DNA of 64,000 nt, from NCBI RefSeq assembly GCF_001194135.2, contig NC_068988.1, positions 13,081,404 through 13,145,403 of the forward strand. The letters are read 5' to 3'. The translations under genes were made by a program, and so were the position numbers. This DNA is from Octopus bimaculoides. Lineage: Eukaryota. Positions within the stretch are counted from its first letter, which is position 1. Each line of letters opens with the position of its first letter. The notes under the pieces are model-generated. The model saw only the letters and a program-made list of their open reading frames with translations. It ran no database searches and was not told the DNA's origin. Shown here piece after piece: positions 37,851 through 51,004 of the stretch.

Positions 37851-37994
37851 CGACGAGCTACTTTCAGTTTCAAGGCTTTGGTCGGCCTGAGGCTATAGTA
37901 GAAGACACTTGCCCAAGGTGCCATGCAGTGGGACTGAACCCGGAACCATGTGGTTGGTAAGCGGGCTACTTACCACACAGCCACTCCTATGCCT
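37591..37994 (-). mobile_element. SINE family S1, young (CpG-retaining)
   Basis: gagcaccgcctttagtcgagcaaatcgaccccagg...ccgaaccgctaag...aacccggaaccatgtgg...cacacagccactcct. Confidence 0.92.
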
Positions 37995-38277
37995 ATGTTA
38001 CCAATTTAAATTTTAAAACTTTTATTTTTAAAATTGTTGCTATTTAGCCCCAACTCAGCCCTGATCAAACAGATCTATGATGATAGATTATTCAAACAGT
38101 GACTGTTTCATATTCTGAGGTGATGTACCTAGAACTACATTATACAATGTGTCCTTTGTTTTTGTAGATGGAAAACATGTCGTTTGTGGGGAGATTGGTT
38201 GCTATTTCTAATAAGTCAAGGCAACTGTGTGAAAGTGAATAAGTGTTTTTAAAAATGTTAATTCATTTTTACAGTGA

Positions 38278-38690
38278 TGGCCATATGGTAAGAAGTGCTC
38301 CCTAACCGCACAGTTCTAGATTTAGTCCCACTGCACAGCACTTTGGGTAAATGTCTTCTATTACAGCCTTGGGCTGACCAACGCCCTGCGAGTGGATTTG
38401 CTAGACGGAAACTGGAAAAAAACTCATCTCTCACTCTCACTCTCTCTCTCTCACCCCCCCCCACACACACACACACATGTGTATGCCTTTATGCTTATGT
38501 TTGTCCTCCACCACTCCTGACTATCAATGTTAGTTTATGTCCTCATAATTTTTACAGTTTGGAAAAAGAGACTGATAGAATAAGTACGAGGCTTAAAAGT
38601 ATAAGTACCGGGGTTGATTTGTTCAACTAAACTCTTGAAGGCATTGCCACTGCCTGGCTACAGTCCAATGACTGAATCAAGTATGAGATA
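38278..38690 (+). mobile_element. SINE family S1, opposite orientation to the copy at 37591
   Basis: atggtaagaagtgctccctaaccgcac...gagtggatttgctagacggaaactgg...gatagaataagtacgaggc. Confidence 0.85.
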
Positions 38691-40349
38691 GAACATATTT
38701 TCTGTTCAGTTCTATTCACCAATTAGAGGAAAAGATAAAGTTTTCTATATTTTACACATCAAAAGATAATAAACAGAGAATTTCATTATTTAGCTCAGAG
38801 CAGAAGTGCCTAAATTAAATGAGAATGGTACCAGTAAAAATAGAATCACTTCTTGAAATAAATTATAAGAAGAAACCTGGAGCTATCTTGTTTTTGTTAC
38901 ATTAAATTGGAAATTTATTCATGTTAATATTGTAAATTTTAGTTAACATTAAAAAACAGCCAAAATGTGAGCATATAATATTGATTATATGAAAGAATAT
39001 GATTAAAAAGTGCAACAATTATCATTTTCTCTCCATTCACAGTGAAAATAAGATTATGAATAAATAGAATTAAATACCAGCTAAAATTTAAAAAGAAAAA
39101 ATATGCTGTCATCAAATACATGGTAAATTGTCCTATATAGGCGGGTAAAGCTTAAAAATATGAAATACATTTTTATGAAAAATATTGGCAATATATATTT
39201 GGAAGCCATAATTGTATTTTTCTGTCCTATTTCAATTATACCAATGAAATATATTGAGTGTACCACTTAAACAACTATAATAACTATATTAATTTTCGAC
39301 AATGTTTCCACTTGGATCTTTTTTTTTTAACAATTAATATTTGAAAATTAATCATATAGTTGCTGAAAGCGTTTTAATTAAAAAAGTCTCAAGAAATATC
39401 ATACTGAAGATGTAAAATATCTCTCAAATATTGATTGCTTTAATAAAAAATAACCCCAAATCACACGTTACAAAGCTACCTTATAAATTAGAGATGATGC
39501 TGACTTTGGTCTACACAAATTTATCGTATAATTGTTTCTTTTAGCAGAATTTTGTTTTCATTCATGAAAATTTATTAGGAATGAATTTTCATATACCTAT
39601 GATATATTTGACTTTTTGTCAAATCTTCATTCTAGCCACACAATGTAAACCACATCTTGCTAAGATGGTTTGCACAAACCTTAGAGAATCCTAGTGGTGC
39701 TCCTGCTGATAAAGCTATTATATTTGATACCTGATTTGCTTCCAGCTTCATACTGCACTTACACAAAACTCCTCATAAATTATTCCTTTTGAAGTTATAG
39801 CAATAGATCTATTATCACCATTATATATTTCTGTCTTTTTTTAAAGTTCAGAAAAGCTTGGAAACTGGTAAAAATCTCTTCATCTCAAGTTATGTCTGAA
39901 TAGAATAATATTTCAAACAAATGCACATAAAATTCAGTTTATTTCCATGTAGCTGAAAATTAATTTAATTAAACTTCAAGTTTACTCATTTGAAAATATC
40001 TTTGTTTTCAAAGAATTGAAAACTGTCCTCAGAAAGACAATGAAAATGACTTGGACAGGTGCCCTTTGACAATCAGTGAACTTCAATGTAAAACTGCAAG
40101 CAATTAAATTCTTCATTGTCCAAATAATCTGTCATTGAGAGAATTTCTTCTAATTTTGGTAATTGCTCTACTGACTTATTGCAACGAGTGTTGTAAATGA
40201 TCACCAATATTTTCTGCAACTAAACGTTGTTGAAGTTTCGTGCTTTGTTAATGTATCTGGCACTGACATTTTCATTGCATAATGAATTCACGGTGGCAGC
40301 CACCACCAATGGATTTCCATCAGTTACAGTTATCATTATGTATGTAAAA

Positions 40350-40690
40350 GGAATGGTGCAGACATGACTGTGTGGTAAAGAAGTTTTGTTTTCCAACCAC
40401 ATGTTTTTGGGTTCAGTCCCACTGTGTAGTACATTGGGCAAGTATCATTCAAAGCCTTGTAAATGGATTTGGTAGGCAGAAACTGAAAGAAGCTTGTTGT
40501 ATATATATATGTGTGTGTGTATGTGTACTTGGTGGTTGGGTATTGGTCTACTTGTCTTTACATTGTGATGCAATTGTTGCAAATGAGCATCATTGTCATT
40601 CAAGCAGTATCCTTCATTTCCAATCTTCTGTGAAGCCATGGGGGAAATATTGCTTTGCTTAGAAACAAGTGAAAGCTGGTTGTATCCAGG
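40350..40690 (+). mobile_element. Composite SINE family S4 (S1 head plus distinct body)
   Basis: S1 head to about 40520, then a body that is the reverse complement of the bodies at 41640-41790, 55385-55505 and 60960-61075. Confidence 0.7.
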
Positions 40691-41529
40691 GTCAGATTAA
40701 GACATATAGAGGCTCTAAGCACTAAAAAATATTTTGGTACCCCTCAGTATATATATGTCATTCAAAATATAAATAATAGTAAGCTATAGTATTCTTGCCC
40801 ATCTCACTAACTTTTAACATCTAATGCCACCCTCCCACTCCTGTCCACATTTCTTCCTGTACTCCTCTTGAGTCTTCTAGATCCCTAAAGGGATCATTAG
40901 CATCCTATTTTTGGAATCATTGATGTATATCAAAAAATATAAATAATTGTTCATTAAACATGGCAGATTTGACCTTTACTGAGTGGCTAGTGTTTCATTC
41001 AAATGTGCCCTGCAGCTTGTCAGTATAAGTGTAGAAAATTGGCAATAATCACTTTAATATAACACTGACTATAAGAACATTATTATTATCATTATTAATG
41101 TATTCAACAAATAAAAACCCTTTTCTTGTGAACTACATAATGGTCGTAGCTCACTCACCAATGTAGTTTGAAAATTTATTGAATACCTATACTTCTATAG
41201 AAAAGAAATGAAAACTAACTTTGGTAATGCATTTTAAAAACTGTTCCAAATCTTTATCAATCAATATGTATATGGGGGTTTGAATATTTTTGTGGTGATG
41301 GCAAAGTGTGTTGGGGTGATAATGAAATGATTTCTTGTGTTTAGTTTTGTTCCTCAAGTTTGTAAGTTTAAATCATGTCAGGATTATCTTTTACTTCCAT
41401 TCTTTTGAGGTTGATGAATTAGTGACAGCAATCAGTACACTGTTTGAGTCAATATCTTATACTTCTTAGTAAAAATCTCTTTTGTGCTTAGTCAAGATAA
41501 ATAAGTTTTCTTCAACAATATAGTGGTAA

Positions 41530-41960
41530 ATGGTATAGTTCATCATCATCATCATTGTCTTAACATTCACTTTTCCATACTTCAATGGGTCAGACAGAAA
41601 TTGTTGAGGCAGATTCTTCTATTGCTGGATGCCCTTCCTGTCACCAACTTTCATGTGTTTCCAAGCAGTGTAATACTTTCGAAAGGCTGGATATGTTTTC
41701 ATGGAAGATTACGAATAAAGGACACTGTTTATATGGTAGTAATGCAGGTTTATAACTATTGCATGATGTCAAAACAAAGTGGTGTGGACATACACATGCA
41801 TACCACATGCTTCTTTTAGTTTCCACCTATCAAATCCACTCACAAAGCTTTGGTTGGCCTGGAGCCATAGTAGAAGACACTTGCTCAAAGTGCCACACAA
41901 TGGGACTGAACTCAAAACCACATGGCTGGGAAGCAAAATTTTTGAACTGTGCATCCATAG
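41530..41960 (-). mobile_element. Composite SINE family S4 (S1 head, body, RTE tail)
   Basis: (CAT)n...aacattcacttttcc...gaggcagatt...ggatgcccttcctg (RTE tail), body, then ccactcacaaagctttggttgg (S1 head). Confidence 0.8.
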
Positions 41961-42619
41961 TGCAGATGTAAACATCTGCAACATGGTTTTGATTGCTTCT
42001 TGTGACCATTTCCGTTCCCTTAGGTAACTAATTCTCTTGAGAAAGATATAAATGAATATTTTACCTGAAGTAGCTTTTTTGCTTTTGTGTAAGAGATAAA
42101 TCAATAATCTTTATAAGCTGAGAAGATATTTTTAAGAAGATATTTTTAAAGTAAAATTCTTTGAGTAATGTAGTTTCTAAATTAGGTGTTGACATTCTGA
42201 ACTGTCTTATTTTAAGAGTTCTACAAATGGACCACTTCCATAACATGCAAAGGAAAAGTTTGGTTTTTTTCTTTTTGTTTTACTAAGATTTGTAAAGCCT
42301 AGCTTTTAGTTGTGTGTACATATGCATATTTATAGGGAATATACTAAATCTATAATATATATAAATGTATATTTCTTATGAAATGCATTATGATGAATTA
42401 GACTCTGCAGAATATTAAGTCTTTGTCCTACTTCTGCTGCCTTTGCAAGTTAACCAAGGCACTGAACTAAAATAAAATAGCCTCATCTCCTACCTCACTG
42501 ATATTTACAGCACCACTACAACCACCAAATGGTTCAGCAGACTTTTTCACAGAAGTGTATCATTCATTTTTATTTTTGCTCATACATTCATGATTATATT
42601 CCCAGGTCTGTAATCTCCG

Positions 42620-43090
42620 TATTAGTCTGAACATCCTAAAGGTAGCTGTACTTTTCTCAAACATGAAGATGATTCTGCTGTATGCATGTGAAACTGGGAA
42701 AAATGCAAAATTTTCCAACAAGCTCCATACATTTGTGAATAGATGTCTCGAACATCCTTTGGGTGAGATGACAAGACAGATGCACAAGCAGCCTTGTGGG
42801 AACAGGCAAATGAGCAACCTATTGAAACCCAGAGCAAGAGGGAGAAATTGGGTTGGTTGGGACACACCCTAAAGAAACCTGTTTCCAACATTACAAGGCA
42901 AGTTCTGGACTCCCTGAGGGAGACAGAAGTATGGCAGACCAAAAACATGGAGAAGGTCCACAGAAACTGAAGCACTGGCAGGTAGTTACACTTGGGGACA
43001 ACTGCAATCCCTTGCCAAAGATTGAGACAGGTGGATATCTCTTGTTGGTTTCCTCTGCTCACATGGAGTCAAAGGAATTAAAGAATGAAT
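42620..43090 (+). mobile_element. Decayed RTE/BovB(SR2)-like LINE 3' fragment
   Basis: FSNMKMILLYACETGKNAKFSNKLHTFVNRCL...LWEQANEQPIETQ...LGWLGHTLKKP...GRPKTWRRSTE...WGQLQSLAKD*DRW. Confidence 0.85.
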
Positions 43091-43751
43091 AATTAATTGT
43101 GATCATTTCTTAAGAATAAGAAAAATTGTTTAGATTAATATCATTAATGTTGAGTTTCAATTGCTCCATGTTATTGGTAAGAAAAAATAATAAACATTGG
43201 CAAAAAAATTCCAGAGAGAAATAAAATTCCAAGGAAGACAAATCAAGCAAAATGGTTAGTGGTTAATCTGAGGGTTGATGCACAACAGAAAATGAAAAGG
43301 ATAAGAGGTGGATGTGATCAGATTAAAGGTGATGTACACTCAATAAATACAGCATTGTTATAGCAGATGATGAAACAGTGCATCAGTAAGCATGTAGTTG
43401 TTAAAGAAAAGTTTTGTCATGTGGATTGTCAAGTTTTGGATGTAGATGAGAAGGTGGCTCAACGTAAAAAGTATTTTCTGGTTTCAAAGATGAAAGTAAC
43501 ACTGTGATGTATTGTAGGTTATGGAAAATATTTATCCAAGTACCAAAACCTCATTGGTAATGGCTTTATATATAAACACATACTCATATCTATATGTATT
43601 TACTCTTGCTTTAAAAGTAGGCCCATGGGGCCCTTTTGGGCAACCTTCAGAGAAATATCAAATTGACCAGTTTTATTATTTAATAACTCATCAGGATTTG
43701 TTTGTTCTTCATTCCCAAACTGTTGATAATAGATGAAAGCTACTTATTAGT

Positions 43752-43795
43752 ATGCAAATTAGTGCCTAGGTGCTAACTCATTTGCATAATAATGC
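43752..43795. promoter_or_regulatory. Inverted pair of POU octamer sites, one within a Sox-Oct-like composite
   Basis: ATGCAAAT at 43752-43759 and ATTTGCAT at 43780-43787; minus strand reads CATTATTATGCAAAT versus consensus CATTGTTATGCAAAT. Confidence 0.3.
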
Positions 43796-44178
43796 TAGTG
43801 GCCAGACAGTAATTATATCAGAGCAGTAATACAGCATAGTTTATGAATAAATAAATATCCATACAAATTTAGTCATGCAATCCACAATGTCGTAGTTATT
43901 GTCTAGACCTCAATTTGTACCATTTGTTATACAAATGAGTTTGTGTCTAGACATGTACTTGCTTACATTTTACTTGCTTCAGCTTCTATCAATGGTAATT
44001 TGGCAAGGAAAGGTGAATAATTCCTGGTGAATTGTCAAACATCACTGAAACCCAGGCCATCTGGTCAACTCAACTCAAGCTACTGAAAAGTCTCTTGTGG
44101 CCTAATTTTACTGAGTCTAATTCTGTATGGATATAATTTTATATGTTTATTTATGGAAAACATGTTGTCATGAGAGAT

Positions 44179-44307
44179 CATTTGATTGTAAAGTCAACCC
44201 ATTTTTAATAGTGTAAAAAGTTTATCTTGAGTAGTGATGTTTATTACATCACTACTCAAGATAAACTTTTTACACTATTAAAAATGGGTTGACTTTACAA
44301 TCAAATG
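44179..44307. repeat. Perfect palindrome, 62-bp arms with 5-nt spacer
   Basis: 44179-44240 is the exact reverse complement of 44246-44307. Confidence 0.97.
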
Positions 44308-45699
44308 GCTAATATTTGAGTAGTGATAGTTTTGAATGAGATTTTGTAGTTAATTTGTCATTGTAATATACTTTCGTGAATGATATATATATTTAATGGA
44401 ATGTGTTGAAGTCACACAAGAATATACAGACAGAAACTAAGATAAGACTGCATGGTGATGTCATCATTTCTGGAAATATTGCTAAAAGTGACATTTAGTA
44501 GTTTATTCTATGAAATCTTATTGCACTGTCTATATATCTATTGTCTGTACTGACCACACAATACTAAGGTATTGCTTACTCTCTTTTTGTGTGGAAAGCA
44601 AGGCCATTTTTCTGTAATTGTGCTTGTGTGACATTCTCAGCTAACATGGTCTTTATGCTGATTGAATAATTTAAGTCTTGTTTTCAAAGTTTCAAACTTC
44701 TACAGGTTTCTATCATCTCATTTTCTACTGAAAGTCAACACACCAAACTTTCCATAGACTTTTAGTGCTAAAATGAAGAGAAGGTTAAGGACCTCCCTAT
44801 ACAATAAATTTCTCATTGATTATATTTTTAGCCCCTTATACATGGATTGAATAGCTTTCCTGATCCCTTCATCTACATAGTTTATTTATTGCTCCAATAG
44901 GAATACAAAGCATGAAATCCTATCAATGGACTTTGTTTAGATTAACAAATACAAGATTCAGTTTTTTGCTCAAGAAATTATTTCACAGTCAGTACAAAAT
45001 TTGTGATAACTGCCTTTCTATATCAATCTGTCAGCATGAGACCCTTAGAATTTCCTCTCCTTGACCTCTTATAATAGTTGACTTCAGTGTTGTTACGACA
45101 CAATCTGATTAACTAAGAGATAAGTGCCCTACAAATTTCTTCTAATGCTTCTAGTACTCTAGCCAAAATCCACAAACATTTTGCAGCCTATGTCTACCAT
45201 CATACACTTAATTACATTGCTTTCTATCTCCTGTGTGATTGCTACAGCTGACCAGTTTGTTATGCCAGTTGTGTATTGGTTCATCCTATCCAATCCTATT
45301 TCATGTCCAGTGGTACTTCTACATGCTTTCTTTTCTGTATGAACTGAAAGCAGAGGTACTATTGCTATTTTGAACACACATCTCTCTTCTGACGCAAATG
45401 CTATATATTGCAAATTTATTAATCCATGTGTGTTTTTATGTATTTGAAGTAATAGATTTTCAACATAAATAGCATATCGATTTCTTTCTTAGGCATGTGA
45501 CCAATTTTGTGAAGGGTGAGGGAATTGCGTTATCTCCACTAAAATACTGAGGCTTATTTCTTGACCTGAAGGTATGTACAGCAAAGTTGACATTGGGGAT
45601 ATTTGACCTCAAAATTGTGAGTATCTAAGTAGATGACATTAAAGCATATAATTTGGCACTATCTTATGTTTTTATGAAAAGGAGATTTAAGCATTATTT

Positions 45700-46080
45700 A
45701 AAAATTTTTATCCAAACTGGAAGAACAGTGCTTAAGATATTATGGCTGGGTTTCAACCTGGGCTGCAGCAACATGTCCACTTGCCATACTTCTCAGTCCA
45801 TCATCACTGCCTTGAGGTCCTGGATGCATTCCAGGCCAGTGTCTGCAATCAAGTTGTCAATGAAAGGACACACATTGGACATATTCAACTCCACTTAAAA
45901 AGGGACATAACCTGAAGAGTCAAGAACAGGAAAAGAACATGCTTATTGTCTGGAGACAAGAGGAGGGACATGGGCATGTGATTCTGGCACAGTACCTTTC
46001 ATTAGCTCAACAATTGTCCAACCACATCTCCCATAGCCAAAATGAAGTTGAACATTTGTGGCCTAAATCATTTCTGGTTC
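45700..46080 (-). mobile_element. Old RTE LINE C-terminal remnant
   Basis: SFIDNLIADTGLECIQDLKAVMMD*EVW resembles the RTE terminal T/SYID...DTGL...L...M.DR..W motif. Confidence 0.5.
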
Positions 46081-46172
46081 AATTGCCTCCTTCTCTTTCT
46101 CTGTCTCTCATACACATGCACATATTTGTATATATATATATATATGTGTGTGTGTGTATGTATGTATGTATG

Positions 46173-46202
<30 letters not shown>

Positions 46203-46203
<1 letters not shown>

Positions 46204-46299
46204 CTTAAAAGATAGAGCTCAAAATCAATGCATTGAAGATACTTTATTGCTGCAATAAAGTATCTTCAATGCATTGATTTTGAGCTCTATCTTTTAAGA
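46203..46299. repeat. Perfect palindrome, 48-bp arms with 1-nt spacer
   Basis: 46203-46250 is the exact reverse complement of 46252-46299; embedded in (TA)n. Confidence 0.97.
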
Positions 46300-46404
46300 G
46301 ACATATATATATATATACATACAAAAACTCACCTGTGAGCTTTTTGCTAAGACTGTTAACAGATACTATATATTTTGTAAAATTTTGTTTTATAAAAGTA
46401 TATA

Positions 46405-46452
<48 letters not shown>

Positions 46453-46764
46453 CATATATATATATATACATGTATGCATATATGTATACATATATAATAT
46501 ATCTATAGGGATATATATCTGTATACATATATATATGTATACATGCATGTGTGTGTATGTACATATCTGTATGCTTGCATATAAAAACTCTGCAAATAAT
46601 ATTTCCATAATTCTCAATTTTTAATATGTATTTTCAACGAACATACGGCAGCAACTGAGACTACATATTGAATTGTAATAATGAAATAAACTGATGTGCT
46701 TCAAGAGAAAACAGCTGCGATTTACCTTAACTAACAACACTATATATATATATATATATATATA

Positions 46765-47205
<441 letters not shown>

Positions 47206-47240
47206 TTTATAATCTGTATTTGAATGTATGTTTATATATA

Positions 47241-47850
47241 CCTAAAGGGTGTTTGGGCTAAATTTGACAGTTTGTGTGAAAGCAAAAAAAAACAAAAAAC
47301 AAAAAAAAACACAATATCCCATTCCAAAATAAAGAATTTTTTAAAAATCAAAAAACATCAGCTTGATTATGATTAGGAGATAACAGTTTACTCAAAGTAG
47401 CCACCCTCAGCTTCCACCTCAGCCTCAACCTGGAATGCTGAACATGCATTCCCCACTGTGTCCCTGAAAAGATCTCTGAATTCCTCCTTAATCTTGGTCA
47501 CCAGCTTGGCTTTGGTGTTGCAGGCAGAGCAGTTGGTGTCTTTGTCAACTGTGCCCCACACTTTGTAATCAAGGAGAATTAAGAGGCCAGAAATTAGGGC
47601 TGGTGAAATTTAAAAAAATTCTTTGACAACCACTTTCGACTCTTTCTAGCGGTATGGTAAGAAGCTGAATCCTGCTTGCCACATGCAACCCTCTCCGGCT
47701 AATATTTGACCATAATCCCCATCATGGTACAGCTAACCCTTTTCTAATAGTCCTCCTAGTCACTTAACTTTTTCTTATCTGCAACTTTAGTCTTGATGCT
47801 ATCAATGCTGTTGACTGTTCACCAATACATCAAGATGTTCCTGAGAGAAA
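47241..47850 (-). mobile_element. Tc1/mariner (DD37D/maT-like) transposase 3' remnant
   Basis: With a frameshift: WQ/QDSASYHTARKSRKWLSKNFLNFTSPNFWPLNSP/DYKVWGTVDKDTNCSACNTKAKLVTKIKEEF...VEAEGGYFE*; agggtgttt TIR-like end near 47245. Confidence 0.8.
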
Positions 47851-48269
47851 AGAAAAAAAACATATATAAAATACTTAAATTAAGTAGCCTGAACACCACA
47901 TATTATGTGTGTGTGTTTTCATACACTCACACATGTATATAATTTTATATTTGTGTGGGAATAAATTCACACGTAAGATATCTAGATAGATATATGCATA
48001 TTAATGTGTAATCAGTGTTTTTCATACTTTTTTGGGGGGGTAATGTGCATACACGCGATCTGTTGTAAGGGAAGTAACTCATGTCGCCTTAATGTGAAAG
48101 CAACTGTAGTGTCACTTGGAAAATCATTGATAAATTTCTCAGAGCAATTGATTTTTGCTTCATTTTTTAATTTTAATTAAACAGATTTCGATTTTTTTTT
48201 TGTCAGCCATAAATGTATTTTTTATCGTGTTTTCTCTGAATGAAGCCTTCATTTTTACTTTTCATTACC

Positions 48270-48925
48270 TATAGGCACAGACGTGGCTGTGTGGTAAGAA
48301 GTTTGCTTCTCAACCACATGGTTCCAGGTTCAGCCCTACTGTGTGACACCTTGGGACAAGTGTCTTCTGCTATAGTCTTGGCTAACCAAAGCCTTGTGAG
48401 TGGATTTGGTAGATGAAAACTGAAAGAAACTTGTCATATATATATATATTTATGTATATTTATTTTTTGATGCAGCTTACTTCACAGTTTTTGCTGTATT
48501 GATTGAGAAACCACTGGTTTACCGTTAAGTTAAATGTTTTTAAGAGATTAATTTTGAAAGCTGCATTCCCTCGCTTTCGGTAAATATGTTGCTTATTTTT
48601 TGGTAGTTTTTGACTTATTTAGTCCCTCTAAGCATGAGGCATTGCTATATAGTTAATGCCCTTATATAAATTATATTTATGTATATGTATGTACATATTT
48701 ATGTGTGTGTGTCTTTGTGTCCATGTTTGTCTCACCCCACCCCACCATCGCTTGACAACTAATGTTGGTGTGTTTACGTCTCTGTAAACTGAGTGGTTCT
48801 CTGTAACTTAGTAGTTCAGCAAAAGAGACTGATAGAATAAGCATTAGGCTTACAAAGATTAAGTACTGGGGTGCTCCAGCATGGTCGCAGTCAAATGACT
48901 GAAACAAGTAAAAGAATAAAAGAAA
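48270..48925 (+). mobile_element. SINE S1 head (48270-48440) and tail (48700-48925) separated by unrelated sequence
   Basis: aggcacagacgtggctgtgtggtaagaag... and ccaccatcgcttgacaac...gctccagcatggtcgcagtcaaatgactgaaac. Confidence 0.75.
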
Positions 48926-50359
48926 GAAACCCTACTCTGTATTTTTTTTACTTGTCTCAGCCACGAATTAAATATCTTGTGAAGTACAAATGGAGTATAT
49001 ATGTCCAGTGTTGAATTTATGAGTGAAAGAGAGACTAAAATTTTATCTTGTTTGTAGACTCTATTAAAATATCATGTGATGTATTTGCTAATTTAGTGTT
49101 TCAGATCTCTGGAAATCCAATACTCTTAGGCTCTTGTCCAGAAACTCCCTCCTCCCATCACACAATACTCCTGTTTTTAAAAGTCTCCTTTTTCCAATGC
49201 TCAAAATTTGATTCATTTTACTTAGATTTGGTATAACTCATTGGATATGGTCTCAGAGGGTACTATGGCAGGGTGCTATTAGAGGGTGCTATGGCAGCAA
49301 GAAAGTTGTTCTTCAAATTTAACTACTCTACCACAAATGTTTTCTTTAACTTTTCCATACTCGTTTTCCATTGCAAGACTTGCTCAAATAAGACATATTA
49401 TTTAAATTCAAATTCCAGTAGTTTTAAGTTTCTGTTTCTTGTTCTGTACTTTTCCAGGTTCAGTTAAGAATATTTTCACTCAAATGCTTGCTTTTTTCCT
49501 GCTAGTGAACGTGTTCATGTGTGTGTGTGAGTGTCTGTATATTTTCATTGCATTTTTATGTATTTTTACACTGACATTAAATGAAATTGTAAATGAAGGG
49601 TTTCTCCTTTGACCATGTGATTATCATGGATCCCAAAGGTAATGTGAATGTCATATTGAAGTAATTAATAGGAGTCTGGGTAACTGACAATTTATGACAG
49701 TTCATTGTACCTCACCTAAATGATGTATTTACAGATGAGGGTGAAAATAATTCTATGAAAGCACAACCAGTTCCATATACATATATGAATGTGAGTATGT
49801 AATTTGGTAAAAGACATATTATATGCAATCATATATGTAGGCGTATAATTATGAATGAACACATTATTGTTCATTCAAATTTATGCATTCACACATGCAC
49901 ACACTCACACAATCGATTTTGATTCCTGATTGAATCTGTTTCACTTATGGCATTAATACCCTTGAGAAAGATTCATCTTTACTCTCTGTTGAATTTGTAG
50001 CTTGTGAATGTGTTATCATAATGATAGAGCAAGGAACTGTTTTATATCTAATTTTCAATATGAACACAGTTGAAATGTTCATGAATGTGTCGATATTATG
50101 CAGAATTGGAGCAAATGTTTTTGCTGTGAGATACTTTCTTTATGGCTTATTACTCATGAAGGATGGCATCTGCTTTTTAGTAGAGCAACCAAAACTATAT
50201 TGTGTCTCACATAGAGAGATTAAACATGTACTATGGGTACATATATTTATATATAATAGTTGGCAATTATAAGACATTTGAATTATGGAACATAATTTTT
50301 ACTCCTTCCTCCCACACGTTTACAGACACATATTTATCACATGGACATATGTGCATATA

Positions 50360-50390
<31 letters not shown>

Positions 50391-50424
50391 GTGTGTATAT
50401 GTACATAGTTGTATGCTTGCTTGC

Positions 50425-50489
<65 letters not shown>

Positions 50490-50490
<1 letters not shown>

Positions 50491-50990
50491 GTACAGGCTT
50501 GGTTGTGCAGTAAGAAGTTTGCTTCCTAACCACATGGTTCCAGGTTCAATTCCACTACATGCACTTTTGGGCACATGTCTACTATAACCCAGGGCCAACT
50601 AAAGCCTCGTGAATGGCTTTAGTAGATGGAAACTGAAAGAACCCAACCATATGTGTGTTTGTGTTTGTGCTTGTCCCCACCCCTATCACCTGACAACCTG
50701 TGTTGGTTTGTTTATGTCCCCATAACTTGGTAGTTCCGCAAAAGAAATCAATAGAGTATGTTTGTCTTTGTGTCTGCATTTGCCTACCCCTACCACTACC
50801 ATATGACAACTGGTGTCAGTGTATTTATGTCCCCATAACTTAGCAGTTTGGTAAAAGAGACTGATAGAATAAGTATCAGGCTTTAAAGAATATGTACTGT
50901 GGTCAATTTGTTCAACTAAAATTCTTCAAGGCAGTACCCCAGCATAGCCAAAGTCTAATGACTGGAACAAGTAAGACATAAAAGATCTCA
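50490..50990 (+). mobile_element. SINE S1 with a duplicated tail module
   Basis: Head, then the tgacaac..gtgt..gt.tttatgtccccataactt module twice (about 50690 and 50805). Confidence 0.8.
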
Positions 50991-51004
50991 TTCTGGTAGT
51001 TATA

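Noticed and set aside
45194-45350. 50-codon + strand ORF with a signal-peptide-like start (MSTIIHLITLLSISCVIATA)
   Set aside because: Hydrophobic short ORFs arise readily in T-rich DNA; there is no promoter, splice or homology support.
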